Shown piece after piece: positions 31,210 through 40,868 of a DNA stretch of 48,083 nucleotides. Under the pieces are notes generated by a model. The model was not told where the DNA came from and did no database searches. It saw nothing but the letters and a program-made list of their open reading frames with translations. Every line of letters begins with the position of its first letter. The stretch's first letter is position 1. Source of the stretch: Candidatus Levyibacteriota bacterium (GTDB lineage Bacteria > Patescibacteriota > Microgenomatia > Levybacterales > UBA12049); assembly GCA_016217835.1 (NCBI GenBank), contig JACRFQ010000014.1, positions 1 through 48,083 of the forward strand, read 5' to 3'. The position numbers were made by a program, and so were the translations under genes.

Positions 31210-33468
31210 TTATTTATTTAAAATTTCTTTTTCAGTTTGCGAAAGAAGTTTTCTGGTACTCTCAATTGCATCAGGCGATACAGATACACTGGTAGTTCCC
31301 CATTCAACCAATTTTCTAACAAGCTCGGGATAAGTAGACACTGCTTGTCCGCACATCGAGGATGTAATGCCAAATTTATGCGCTGTTTTAATTATATGTT
31401 CAAAAGCCCAAAGAGTTGATTGGTCCATTTCGTTAAACTCACTGGCAACTTCCGAGTTATCCCTGTCTGTTCCCATTGTAAGCATAGTTAAGTCATTAGA
31501 GCCAATCGAGATACCGTCAATTCCTACTTCAATAAATTTTTCAAGCAAGATCACATTCGAAGGTATTTCAACCATCATCCAAATCTTAAATGTAGATGAA
31601 CGTGAAAGCCTTGAATCATTAATAAGTTTTTTTACTTTTATCAGTTCTTCAACCGTTCTTACAAACGGAATCATGATCCATAAATTTTTATATCCCATTT
31701 TGTTTCTGACATTTTTTATTGCTTCAAGTTCCAGTTTAAACACTTCCGGATCATGAATATATCTAAAAGCTCCCCGGAATCCAAGCATTGGGTTTGACTC
31801 CTGTGGCTCGTAATCTTTTCCGCCGACCAAATTTCTGTACTCATTGGTTTTAAAATCGGAAGTTCTATAAACCACCGGTTTTTGATCAAATGCTTTGCAA
31901 AATTTAGCAATATCATTTGCCAATTTATCAATATATATATGTTTTTTACCATCATGAATCATTTTTTTAGGATGAACCCCGATATCTGCCATGATAAATT
32001 CTGCTCTTAATAAGCCGATTCCGTCGGGATTTTTTTGCGAGATTTTATCAGCCAAATCCGGTTCGGCTAAATTTACATAAAGCTTGGTGACTGTCTTAAT
32101 ATCTGAAACAGCTTCTATATGAGCGTTATTGTTTGTTAAAAATCCGCCTTTATAAATTTGACCGTTTGTGCCGTTAACCGTTATTATATTCCCAGTTTTT
32201 AATTGTTTAGTTGCAAACTCCGTACCTACAACAGCCGGAATTCCAAGTTCCCTTGAAACAATTGCTGCATGTGAAGTCCTACCACCGCTATCTGTAACTA
32301 TTGCCACTGCTTTTTTCATTGCGGGTACAAAGTCGGGATTTGTTTGAGGAGCTACTAAAATATCACCAGATAAAACCTTATCGATTTCTTTTGGTGAAAA
32401 GATTACTCTTACGGGGCCTGATGCAATCCCGGGGCTTGCAGGATCACCTTTTAATATTAGGTCGGATTCTTTAAGGACGGTATTATTTGCTTTAGTGACA
32501 TTTTTTGTAGTTGTAACAGACCTTGTTTGTACAATGTAAATATTATTTTTTTCTATTGCCCATTCAAGGTCTTGGGGAAAATAATAATGTTTTTCAATTT
32601 CTTTTCCCAGTTTTGCTAAGCTTAAAATTTCTTTTTCTGATAATTTTTGTTTTGAACCCTGCTTTTTAGAAAGTTTTATTCCTTTATTATTAACCCCTTT
32701 TTTTATCAAGCTACGGTCTTGAATAGAAGTTTTTTTGGATAAAACTTTTAATTCCTTTTTATCTACTTCGTAATGATCCGGGGTAACTGCTCCCTGAACA
32801 ATTAATTCTCCGAGTCCATATATAGCTTCTATTGTAATTTTGGATTTATCATTTGTAACGGGATCAATTGTAAACATGATTCCGGATTTATCGGATTCAA
32901 CCATTTTTTGCACAACTAAAGCAATGCCAATTTTAATATCGTCATATTTTTGTTGATGTCTGTAATAAATTGCACGGCCGTCATATAAAGAAGCCCAGCC
33001 TTCTTTGATTTTTTCTAAAAGCACAGCATCACCCTTAACATTTAAAAAAGTTTCCTGTTGACCGGCAAAAGAAGCGTTAGCCAAATCTTCTGCAGTTGCG
33101 CTGGACCGTACTGCCACTAAAGCATGACTAAAAGGACCGCTTAATTTATTATACGAAGATACAATGTCTTTAATTAATTGATTTGAAAGCGTACCGTTTT
33201 TAATAAGTTTTTTAATATGTAAAGAAACTTGTTCTAAGGATTTCGAATCTTCAAAATTTGTTGTAGATAAAAGATGTTTGATTTTAATGGTTAAATTATT
33301 TTCTCTGATAAAATCGTAGTAAGCGTTTGAGGTTATTATAAAACCCGGGGGGACGGGAAAACCCGCGCTAGTCATTTCTCCTAAGTTAGCGCCCTTGCCG
33401 CCGACTAAAGCGACATCTTCTTTTCTGATTTCTAAAAACCAAGCAATATGATGAGCAGAATATGCCAT
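31210..33468 (-). CDS. ppsA: Phosphoenolpyruvate synthase
   Basis: GGKGANLGE, RSSATAED, GGRTSHAAIVSRE phospho-His, SDFKTNEY, SIGSNDLT. Confidence 0.95.
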   Translation of the reverse strand: MAYSAHHIAWFLEIRKEDVALVGGKGANLGEMTSAGFPVPPGFIITSNAYYDFIRENNLTIKIKHLLSTTNFEDSKSLEQVSLHIKKLIKNGTLSNQLIKDIVSSYNKLSGPFSHALVAVRSSATAEDLANASFAGQQETFLNVKGDAVLLEKIKEGWASLYDGRAIYYRHQQKYDDIKIGIALVVQKMVESDKSGIMFTIDPVTNDKSKITIEAIYGLGELIVQGAVTPDHYEVDKKELKVLSKKTSIQDRSLIKKGVNNKGIKLSKKQGSKQKLSEKEILSLAKLGKEIEKHYYFPQDLEWAIEKNNIYIVQTRSVTTTKNVTKANNTVLKESDLILKGDPASPGIASGPVRVIFSPKEIDKVLSGDILVAPQTNPDFVPAMKKAVAIVTDSGGRTSHAAIVSRELGIPAVVGTEFATKQLKTGNIITVNGTNGQIYKGGFLTNNNAHIEAVSDIKTVTKLYVNLAEPDLADKISQKNPDGIGLLRAEFIMADIGVHPKKMIHDGKKHIYIDKLANDIAKFCKAFDQKPVVYRTSDFKTNEYRNLVGGKDYEPQESNPMLGFRGAFRYIHDPEVFKLELEAIKNVRNKMGYKNLWIMIPFVRTVEELIKVKKLINDSRLSRSSTFKIWMMVEIPSNVILLEKFIEVGIDGISIGSNDLTMLTMGTDRDNSEVASEFNEMDQSTLWAFEHIIKTAHKFGITSSMCGQAVSTYPELVRKLVEWGTTSVSVSPDAIESTRKLLSQTEKEILNK

Positions 33469-33508
33469 AGTATTATTATCATAGCATTTTTAAAAATATT
33501 CAAGGAGG

Positions 33509-34120
33509 TTATTTTTGTAAGGGGTATTCACTCGCATTTATAATTTTTATGTCAGGTATTTTTTTATATTTAATATTTTTAACTAACGCCGGTTTACCAT
33601 GTTCTTCAATAATATAATAACAAAAACCCTGCATTTTTCTTACGGCTTCATAATCTGCGTGTCCGGGAAATGATACAGGATTTGCTTCATCGAAGTTAAC
33701 AGGGGAGTCGTCCACGGTAGCAAAATAGGTTTTGGAAATATTTGCCACCAAGTGTCCCCATTCGGGGGGGATGTAAATATTATCTCCTGGGAAAACATGG
33801 ATTGCATAAACCTCATCGATTTCATCATCAATTGGGTTCCCGTTTTGATCAGTTGCTCTTTTTTGGACAAGAACAATTCCTTCTCCGAAAATTGGCCAAT
33901 AAGTTTCATTTAATTTACCCACATGATAGTGGCCGTATGTTTTAATATATTCTTTTCCAACAAGACCCGGTTCCCAGATTGTAATATTGCGTTGATCGCT
34001 TCCGCCTCTGACCATATGATAATGAATATCAGGACCGTGAGCCAAGGGATCCATAAGAACATCCTTCATTTTTTCATGTGTTCTTGAAGCATAATGTTTA
34101 GTGGAAAAATCTTTTTTCAT
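33509..34120 (-). CDS. Cupin-type glucose-6-phosphate isomerase family protein
   Basis: PG-VGKEYIKTYGHYH, ETY, GEG, YIPPEWGHLVAN, YEAVRKMQGFCYY. Confidence 0.75.
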   Translation of the reverse strand: MKKDFSTKHYASRTHEKMKDVLMDPLAHGPDIHYHMVRGGSDQRNITIWEPGLVGKEYIKTYGHYHVGKLNETYWPIFGEGIVLVQKRATDQNGNPIDDEIDEVYAIHVFPGDNIYIPPEWGHLVANISKTYFATVDDSPVNFDEANPVSFPGHADYEAVRKMQGFCYYIIEEHGKPALVKNIKYKKIPDIKIINASEYPLQK

Positions 34121-34554
34121 AATAATCCTCTTTCTTTTTTTCTCTGTTCTTCAGTTTCATCGGGTCTTTTATAATCATCTTCAAGTCTAAAAGTTGTACC
34201 AATTTCAGGCGTAGAAACCTCCAAAACCTCACAATCAGTTATTCCTGCAAGTCTATGTCTTTGTCCGATTTGACAACTATATCCTTTTCCACTTTCAAGT
34301 TCTGCTTCAACAAGTTCACCTAATTCATTGTCCCAGATTACTTTTGCTCTGCCGTTTAGTAAGTACCAGCTTTCTTCTTTTCTATCGTGAACCTGCAAAG
34401 AGAGTCTTTGTCCTGCATTTATGTGTAGGACTTTACCCATATATGGTTTATTTTCAGGCACCCAATGAATTTCGTAACCCCAGGGTTTATCAATTTTCTT
34501 TGCAAAAGAAGAGTTACTAAATTTTGTTTTATCAATATTTTTTAAATCGCTCAT
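34117..34554 (-). CDS. Cupin, mannose-6-phosphate isomerase type II C-terminal-like
   Basis: KPWGYE, LSLQVH--KEESW, HRL, EVSTPE, RLEDDY. Confidence 0.8.
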   Translation of the reverse strand: MSDLKNIDKTKFSNSSFAKKIDKPWGYEIHWVPENKPYMGKVLHINAGQRLSLQVHDRKEESWYLLNGRAKVIWDNELGELVEAELESGKGYSCQIGQRHRLAGITDCEVLEVSTPEIGTTFRLEDDYKRPDETEEQRKKERGLL

Positions 34555-35933
34555 TATTTTTTTGTTGCATTTATTAAACTCGTAAGCTCTTTTGTTTTTT
34601 GTTCAACCTCATCCTTATTATATCCTTCAACATTTAGTCTTAAAAGCGGTTCTGTGTTTGAAGTTCTTACGTTAAATCTCCATGAGCCATAAGCAATCGA
34701 AACGCCGTCAAGTTCCCATAACTCTCCATCTCTGTATTTATCTTTTAGTATTGAGAGAATTTCAGGTGCATTTGAAACTTTGAAATTATATTCCACGGAT
34801 TCATAGCTTCGCCTAACTTCTTCAACCAACCCAGAAAGTGTTTTATTTTCATCACTTAATACCTTAAGGATAATAAGAATTACAGGTAGGTTTGATTCAG
34901 CATTTCCATTTACTTTAAAAAACATATGCCCCGATGATTCGCCGGCAAAAATTCCACCCGTTTTATTCATAGCTTCAGTTATGTAAGCATGTCCTACTCT
35001 TACAATTTCAGATTTTCCACCGAATTCTTCAACAATTTTTTGCGGTCCCAAAACATCTCTAATGTCAAAATAAATTAATCCTTCTGGATGTTTTTTCAAA
35101 ATTTCCCGGGCAACAATTGAAGTTATCGCGGTTGCTCTAACAATTTCTCCCTTTTCGTCTATAAAATATAATCTATCTCCGTCACCGTCTGTTGCAATTC
35201 CTAAATCTGCTTTTTCATCTAAAACCCTTTGTTGTAAGCTTTTTAATGTTTCAAAATTTAAAGGATTTGGTTCGTGGACCGGAAAATTTCCGTCCAATTC
35301 AAAATTCATTCTGATTAAATTCGCAGGAACTTTTTTAAATAATGCGTCTATGTACTGAGCGCCCATTGCATTACCCGGATCTGCAACAATCTTAAACTTC
35401 TTGATAACAGGATTATTAAGAAGTTCAAGCGCTGCAGTTACTTCATCTTCTAAAATACCTTCTTTTCTTGAAATTTTACCTTGAGTTTTTGAAATAAAAT
35501 TAATTTCTTCCATTGCAAGTTTTTGCACATCATCCATTCCTGTCGGTTTACCAATTTTAACTAAACCCTTAGGAGTGCTTCTGACAAACTTCATTCCGTT
35601 CCATTCTTTTGGATTGTGTGAAGCAGTTATTTGAATTCCGCAGTCATAGCCATAATGAAAAACAGCAAAATAGAACGATGGGGTAGATAATTGACCCGCA
35701 TCAATAACATTTGCTCCCATATCAAGAAGTGTTTTTTTTGCAACTTCAAAAAGTTGTGGACCTGATAGTCTCATGTCATATGCTAATAGAATTGTCGGTT
35801 GTTCTTTTTTTATCGATTCGTAAAAAAACTTATAAATTGCCTTTATAATTTGGGATGTATTTTCTTTGTTGATCTGCGTTGGGTAGATGCCCCTGATGTC
35901 GTAAGATTTAAAAATCGAAGGATCAATTGTCAT
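34554..35933 (-). CDS. Phosphomannomutase/phosphoglucomutase
   Basis: FKSYDIRG, TASHNP, DGDGDR, GESSGH, RTSNTEPLLRLNVE. Confidence 0.93.
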   Translation of the reverse strand: MTIDPSIFKSYDIRGIYPTQINKENTSQIIKAIYKFFYESIKKEQPTILLAYDMRLSGPQLFEVAKKTLLDMGANVIDAGQLSTPSFYFAVFHYGYDCGIQITASHNPKEWNGMKFVRSTPKGLVKIGKPTGMDDVQKLAMEEINFISKTQGKISRKEGILEDEVTAALELLNNPVIKKFKIVADPGNAMGAQYIDALFKKVPANLIRMNFELDGNFPVHEPNPLNFETLKSLQQRVLDEKADLGIATDGDGDRLYFIDEKGEIVRATAITSIVAREILKKHPEGLIYFDIRDVLGPQKIVEEFGGKSEIVRVGHAYITEAMNKTGGIFAGESSGHMFFKVNGNAESNLPVILIILKVLSDENKTLSGLVEEVRRSYESVEYNFKVSNAPEILSILKDKYRDGELWELDGVSIAYGSWRFNVRTSNTEPLLRLNVEGYNKDEVEQKTKELTSLINATKK

Positions 35934-35942
35934 TAGTCTATC

Positions 35943-36635
35943 TTATAAATCAACAAGGAAAAAGTCAATTGATTTTTCTAGAGGAAAAGAAATCTTGCCG
36001 GTTTTGTGCTTTAAATCAATCTCAAAAAGTTTATTATATGAGTTCAAAAGTTTATTTTTATCATAATATGAAAGCTGCTTTTTAAATTTGGAAAGCTGCC
36101 ACGGCGCCATTCTTTTTACTTCGTCTATTGTATTATTGCTGCTATCCAGCTGACTTATTAAGAGTCTAAATTGTCTTATTATCATAAACATTACAATTTC
36201 AACTTCAATTGTTTTTAAAAGTTCATGGAAAAGAGTTATTAAATATTTTGAGTTTTGGGGTTTAATATTATCTAAAAATAAAAACAAGTTTTGAGGTAAT
36301 GAAAAATTCTTAACAGTTGCATTACTAAAAGCAGTTAGCGCCGGCTTTGAAACTTCTGCATTTTCCCAAAAAATAATATCAATGGTTTTGTTTTTATTAA
36401 TATATGACGCAATTTCTTTAAAATCAGACGAATTTGCTTTAATTTTCGAAAAAAAGTTTTCTACAATGACTGTTGTAGATTTTTCAAAAAAGTTTTTATT
36501 TTCGGACGTTTGAAAAAGCAAGTCAACGGTTACTAAATCGGGATTTATTAAAACAGTGTTATCTAATTTATTTTTTTCTTCAAAAAAATAATTTCTTGAT
36601 TTTTCAATGTCATTCCCGTGAATTATTAAAATCAT
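35943..36635 (-). CDS. holA: DNA polymerase III delta subunit-like (short)
   Basis: ILIIHG, LF-F-D, MIIRQFRLL, PWQ--K, LFEIDLKHKTG C-terminal pattern. Confidence 0.65.
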   Translation of the reverse strand: MILIIHGNDIEKSRNYFFEEKNKLDNTVLINPDLVTVDLLFQTSENKNFFEKSTTVIVENFFSKIKANSSDFKEIASYINKNKTIDIIFWENAEVSKPALTAFSNATVKNFSLPQNLFLFLDNIKPQNSKYLITLFHELLKTIEVEIVMFMIIRQFRLLISQLDSSNNTIDEVKRMAPWQLSKFKKQLSYYDKNKLLNSYNKLFEIDLKHKTGKISFPLEKSIDFFLVDL

Positions 36636-36636
36636 T

Positions 36637-37032
36637 TTATTTTATAGATAATTTTTTGTATTCGTTAAATAACGCAGTTGCGGTTTTTCCCAAATGCCTG
36701 CTCTTTGTAACATGGGGAACAAGCGCGCCTGAGAAATTTTTTGGAATATGCAATAATTCGTGAATTAAAACCTTGGATTTTTCATCGTCGTTTAATTTAT
36801 CGTAATATTTTGCTAAAACCTCAATAACATAAGCAGGTTCCAAATCGAGGGCGTGTTGAAAAATTTTTGGCATTGACCAGATTCTTGCATAAGCTCTTGA
36901 TTTTGAACCTTGAGTTCTGTAACAAAAGATTCTTTTTGCCTCAACGTGAGGCAAATCCAAGACTTTGAGTATTTTTGTTATTTCTTTTTTTACATCAGGA
37001 GCAATCTCCCATTCAAGTTTTTGATTTTTCAT
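36637..37032 (-). CDS. Putative zinc metallopeptidase
   Basis: AYARIWSMP, YVIEV, VLIHELLHIP (HExxH), G-L-PH. Confidence 0.7.
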   Translation of the reverse strand: MKNQKLEWEIAPDVKKEITKILKVLDLPHVEAKRIFCYRTQGSKSRAYARIWSMPKIFQHALDLEPAYVIEVLAKYYDKLNDDEKSKVLIHELLHIPKNFSGALVPHVTKSRHLGKTATALFNEYKKLSIK

Positions 37033-37046
37033 ATATTTAAAATTAC

Positions 37047-37078
37047 TTTTGAATTTTGACTTTTAACTTTTGAATTTT
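37047..37078. repeat. Heptamer repeat TTTTGAA-TTTTGAC-TTTTAAC-TTTTGAA
   Basis: Read directly; fills most of the intergenic spacer. Confidence 0.8.
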
Positions 37079-37079
37079 A

Positions 37080-37604
37080 TTACGTGTGTTTATCCGCAAC
37101 ATAGGATGCTGCATAAGCTTCGGGTTTAGTTTTTGCAACGAATCCGTTTCCCGTAACCATTCCGACAACTTCTTTTATCATATTTCTTGTATCTCCGTGC
37201 TCGCCGACGTCAACATGAATTTCCAAATTATAATTTGGAGAAGCGCCGTTAAGGTGTTTTTTAAATAAAGGAACAAATATTGATGCGAAAGTTAAAGAAG
37301 TAATAGTCTCGGCATATATTTTTTCTCTTAAAGAATGAATATTTTTTTGATTTTTTCTTCTCCAGAAATATTTTCCGCCAAAACCTTTTCTGTGAATTAA
37401 AATTGCAGTAACTAAATTTATCTGATGCCCGCCGTTTTTTGAATCAGAATCAATTTTTTCATGCGAGTCCGATCCGATAACAAGACTATATTCGCTGTCA
37501 GGATCTTCTTCTAAGAATTCTTTGATTTTTATTATAATTTCATCGATTTTCAAAACGCCATGCGTGTGGCTTTGAAATATCTCATCGGTTAAATCTTGAT
37601 TCAT
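37080..37604 (-). CDS. RNase H-like YkuK family (DUF458) protein
   Basis: IGSDS, GFGGKYF, LREKIYAE, LEIHVDVG, KP-AYAASYVADKH. Confidence 0.85.
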   Translation of the reverse strand: MNQDLTDEIFQSHTHGVLKIDEIIIKIKEFLEEDPDSEYSLVIGSDSHEKIDSDSKNGGHQINLVTAILIHRKGFGGKYFWRRKNQKNIHSLREKIYAETITSLTFASIFVPLFKKHLNGASPNYNLEIHVDVGEHGDTRNMIKEVVGMVTGNGFVAKTKPEAYAASYVADKHT

Positions 37605-37646
37605 ACATTTTCCTTTTGAGGCAATAGTAAATTATACCATAGCTAT

Positions 37647-38789
37647 TCAAGCTCCAAGAAGCCATTTAAAAAATGTTTTTGAAGACTTATTAATATTGTT
37701 AAGTATTGAATTAAAGTTATTTTTATTCTTGAACTCTTTTGTTTTGTAAACAAATTGCAAACCTGAAAAGTCAAAAACGTCTTTTGAAAGCAAGGGTTGT
37801 CCTCTGACTTTTAAAATGCTTTTATAAGTATTATAAATTTTAGTTTTTTGTCCGCTTTTTATAAATGAAAATTGAGCAAACGGGCCTTTATCTGCTATAA
37901 AAATGAATGGCGTAACCGCTATTACGCTTGGATCATTCCAATAACTCCTGAAAGCGTCTTGATAATAAATAGATTGCTGATCTTGTGAAATTGTGTCCGA
38001 TGTCCAACCTGTTTCGGTTATAAATACAGGTATATCTTTACCCGATAAATTGTCTGCGATATTTTTTTGATAAAAAAAACTAAATACTCCGTTTTTGGTA
38101 CTTGATGGGGGAGATGAAAACGCGGGATTTGGGTACGAATGGCTTCCGATTCCGTCAATCTTTGCAAAAATTCCAGGTACAGCATCTTCCATTTGATACA
38201 TATAGTCGTATTGATTAATATATCTATCGGTAACATTTATCGAAGCATTATCAAATCCTGCAGAAATTATAAAAAAATCTTGATTTTTATTTTTAAATTC
38301 ATCAATTGCATAATTTAAAATTTCTGCGTATTCAGCCGCGTTTGGTATCCCACCCCATTCGTCTCCTCTATTAACTTCGTTATAAACTATAATGTACCTA
38401 TTTTTAGTAGGCCAGCTTAAAGAATTTAAAAAATTAGAAAAATCTAAAATATCATAATTAGATGGTTTTGCCCACGAAATTTTATCAAAGTAATCACCAT
38501 CTGTTGCAAGTCGAATTATTGGAATAACATGATATTTTTTAGCGTTATTCATAAAAGTCTGCCATTTATCAAGGTCTCTGTCGGATGCCCTGATTGGAAT
38601 TGTTACATATCCCCAATCACCGCCAGATGAATTAATAAGAGCAGCGGCTTCGCTAATTTCTTCGGGAAACAAAATATGAATACCGAATTTATTGTTATCG
38701 ACAGAGCGGGGATCGTAAATTGCGTAAGATTTTTGAATAGAAAACAATAAAAATATAATAAATGTTATTAAAAATATTAATTTTTTCAT
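37647..38789 (-). CDS. Secreted glycoside hydrolase, clan GH-A-like
   Basis: Signal peptide; NEVN (acid/base), HSYP, ITETGW (nucleophile). Confidence 0.6.
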   Translation of the reverse strand: MKKLIFLITFIIFLLFSIQKSYAIYDPRSVDNNKFGIHILFPEEISEAAALINSSGGDWGYVTIPIRASDRDLDKWQTFMNNAKKYHVIPIIRLATDGDYFDKISWAKPSNYDILDFSNFLNSLSWPTKNRYIIVYNEVNRGDEWGGIPNAAEYAEILNYAIDEFKNKNQDFFIISAGFDNASINVTDRYINQYDYMYQMEDAVPGIFAKIDGIGSHSYPNPAFSSPPSSTKNGVFSFFYQKNIADNLSGKDIPVFITETGWTSDTISQDQQSIYYQDAFRSYWNDPSVIAVTPFIFIADKGPFAQFSFIKSGQKTKIYNTYKSILKVRGQPLLSKDVFDFSGLQFVYKTKEFKNKNNFNSILNNINKSSKTFFKWLLGA

Positions 38790-38826
38790 CAGCAAAGGAT
38801 ATTTTACATCAAAAGTAGAATATTTG

Positions 38827-39684
38827 TTAAATAAAGGAAAGCCTTGAGATAATTCCTGTTGAAAGAAGCCGTGTGCTTTCCTGCTCTAAAGCCAGTTCTC
38901 CATATTCAAGATTTCCTTTCGGAAAATAATCCTCGAACAAATTCTTAAGCATAATTGCAGAAGCTGAAACAGCGTATGCATTTGCAATTACAAATAATGG
39001 CTTATCTGATAAAAGTTTTGAGCAGTGATCGAGCAGTATTGGAAAGCTTTTATTAAAATCCCAAAGCTCGCCATTTGGACCATGTCCGTAAACAGGGGGA
39101 TCCATAATAATTCCGTCATATTTATCGCCTCTCCTTATTTCCCTGGCGCAGAATTCAATAGCGTCATCAAGTATGTATCTGATAGGTTTATCTAAAAGAT
39201 TTGATAAGGTCTGATTTTCTTTTGCCCAGGCTATAGATGGCTTAGAAGCGTCAACGTGAGTTACTTTTGCGCCATTTGCGGCTGCCACCAGGCTTGCAAT
39301 TCCTGTATAGGCAAAAAGATTTAATATGTAGGGCTTGCTATTGTTTATTGATTTTTGATTATTGATTTTTTCTTCAATAAAATCCCAATTTAAGCTTTGT
39401 TCAGGAAAAATGCCTGTGTGTTTAAAAGGAGTTAGTTTTGCCAAAAATTTTAATTCTTTATAATTAACGTGCCAATTTTGGGGAAAATCACTTTTCTTAA
39501 TCCAAGTGTCGTTTTGAAATTTTGCATCCGCTGCTTCCCATTGGCTTTTAGCTAAGCTTTGATTCCAGATAGCTTGTGGGTCGGGTTTTGAAATAACAAA
39601 CTTTCCGAATCTTTCTAATCTAAGCCCGTTGCCGCTGTCCAAAAGCCCGTAATCGCTCCAGCCTTTTGTTGAAATAACTTTCAC
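38827..39684 (-). CDS. Class I SAM-dependent methyltransferase (RlmI/RlmK-like)
   Basis: LLDSG--LERFG, HTGIFPEQ, LNLFAYTG, VDAS, MDPP. Confidence 0.85.
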   Translation of the reverse strand: MKVISTKGWSDYGLLDSGNGLRLERFGKFVISKPDPQAIWNQSLAKSQWEAADAKFQNDTWIKKSDFPQNWHVNYKELKFLAKLTPFKHTGIFPEQSLNWDFIEEKINNQKSINNSKPYILNLFAYTGIASLVAAANGAKVTHVDASKPSIAWAKENQTLSNLLDKPIRYILDDAIEFCAREIRRGDKYDGIIMDPPVYGHGPNGELWDFNKSFPILLDHCSKLLSDKPLFVIANAYAVSASAIMLKNLFEDYFPKGNLEYGELALEQESTRLLSTGIISRLSFI

Positions 39685-39720
39685 AAGATAAATTTTAGCA
39701 TAAAATGATAAAATGTATGC
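39685..39720. promoter_or_regulatory. 36-bp bidirectional extended -10 promoter region
   Basis: Minus strand TGc-TAAAAT (39697-39692), 7 nt to GTG. Plus strand TGa-TAAAAT (39709-39714), 6 nt to ATG. Confidence 0.65.
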
Positions 39721-40680
39721 ATGTTAATCGATGAAGCAAAAATTATTGTTAAAGCGGGTAAAGGCGGTAATGGCGCGTCGAGCTTTAAAAGAAATGCGCA
39801 AACCGCAAAAGGCGGACCGGACGGAGGAAACGGCGGTAATGGGGGAAATGTATATTTTTGCGGCATAAATGATATCACGGCGCTTTCCGAATTTACTTAC
39901 AAAAAAAAGATATCGGCCGAAGACGGGATAAAAGGCGGAAAGCAAAACCTTTATGGCAGGAATGGAAAAGATACAGTCGTATTTTTACCGATTGGGACAT
40001 TCGTTACAGATTTAGATACGAATAAGACTTTTGAAATTTTAAATACACAGGATAAAATTTTGATTGTAAAAGGCGGAAAAGGCGGTAGGGGAAATAATGA
40101 GTTTAAATCAGCAACACAGCAAACACCTTATTACGCGGAAAAAGGGTTACCGGGGGAAGAAAAAAAACTTTTATTAGTTCTTAAACTGATTGCAGACATA
40201 GGGCTTATCGGACTTCCGAACTCAGGCAAAAGCAGTCTTTTGAGTGTTTTAACCAGGGCTCATCCAAAAATTGGAGATTATCCGTTTACTACATTGGAGC
40301 CCAATTTAGGAGTTTTGAGTAGTATTGTAATCGCAGATATTCCAGGTCTTATTGAAGGCGCATCTGACGGCAAAGGACTGGGGATTAAGTTTTTAAAACA
40401 TATCGAAAAGACAAAAGTATTAGTTCATTGCATAGATATTCAATCACAAGATTTACCAAAAGATTATGAAATTGTTAGGAAAGAGCTAATTCAATATGAT
40501 AATAAGTTAAATGAAAAAACAGAAATTATACTTTTAACAAAGTCAGATTTATTATCAAAAAAAGAAGTTAATCAAAAATTGAAAGTAGCAAAAAAATTAA
40601 ATTATAATTCTTTTACAATGTCTATTTATAATGATAAAGAACTTTCCAGCCTCACCGAATTATTAATAAACATAAAATAG
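39721..40680 (+). CDS. obgE: GTPase Obg
   Basis: GGPDGGNGG Obg fold, GLPNSGKS, YPFTT, DIPG, TKSD. Confidence 0.96.
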   Translation: MLIDEAKIIVKAGKGGNGASSFKRNAQTAKGGPDGGNGGNGGNVYFCGINDITALSEFTYKKKISAEDGIKGGKQNLYGRNGKDTVVFLPIGTFVTDLDTNKTFEILNTQDKILIVKGGKGGRGNNEFKSATQQTPYYAEKGLPGEEKKLLLVLKLIADIGLIGLPNSGKSSLLSVLTRAHPKIGDYPFTTLEPNLGVLSSIVIADIPGLIEGASDGKGLGIKFLKHIEKTKVLVHCIDIQSQDLPKDYEIVRKELIQYDNKLNEKTEIILLTKSDLLSKKEVNQKLKVAKKLNYNSFTMSIYNDKELSSLTELLINIK

Positions 40681-40684
40681 CCGC

Positions 40685-40709
40685 AAAAAAACCCCTTGCG
40701 GGGTCTTTT
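40685..40709. terminator. Bidirectional intrinsic terminator
   Basis: A-run, CCCC-TTGC-GGGG, then TCTTTT; T7 follows the hairpin on the minus strand. Confidence 0.8.
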
Positions 40710-40765
40710 CGGGGCATACTCTTGCGAGTATTTCCTGCCTTTTTGATACTTGCGTATCTGAAGGT
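40685..40765 (-). ncRNA. Candidate small RNA with three GCAA-tetraloop hairpins (unassigned family)
   Basis: Promoter TTGACA(40801-40796)-17-TAAAAT(40778-40773); hairpins GATAC-GCAA-GTATC, ATACTC-GCAA-GAGTAT, ACCCC-GCAA-GGGGT followed by a U-tract. Confidence 0.6.
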
Positions 40766-40868
40766 AAGAAGCATTTTATATTATATTTCAGCTTCTGTCA
40801 ATAGGGTAAAAATAGGTCAAAAGGAGTCAATATTGGCATATATGTACTTTAAGCACGTAACAGCATGA

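Noticed and set aside
40685-40765. Triple-hairpin RNA as SRP RNA, c-di-GMP riboswitch, hammerhead or CRISPR array
   Set aside because: No AGCA partner for CAGG as in SRP domain IV, no c-di-GMP-I consensus or downstream gene, no CUGANGA core, and no identical repeats or cas genes.
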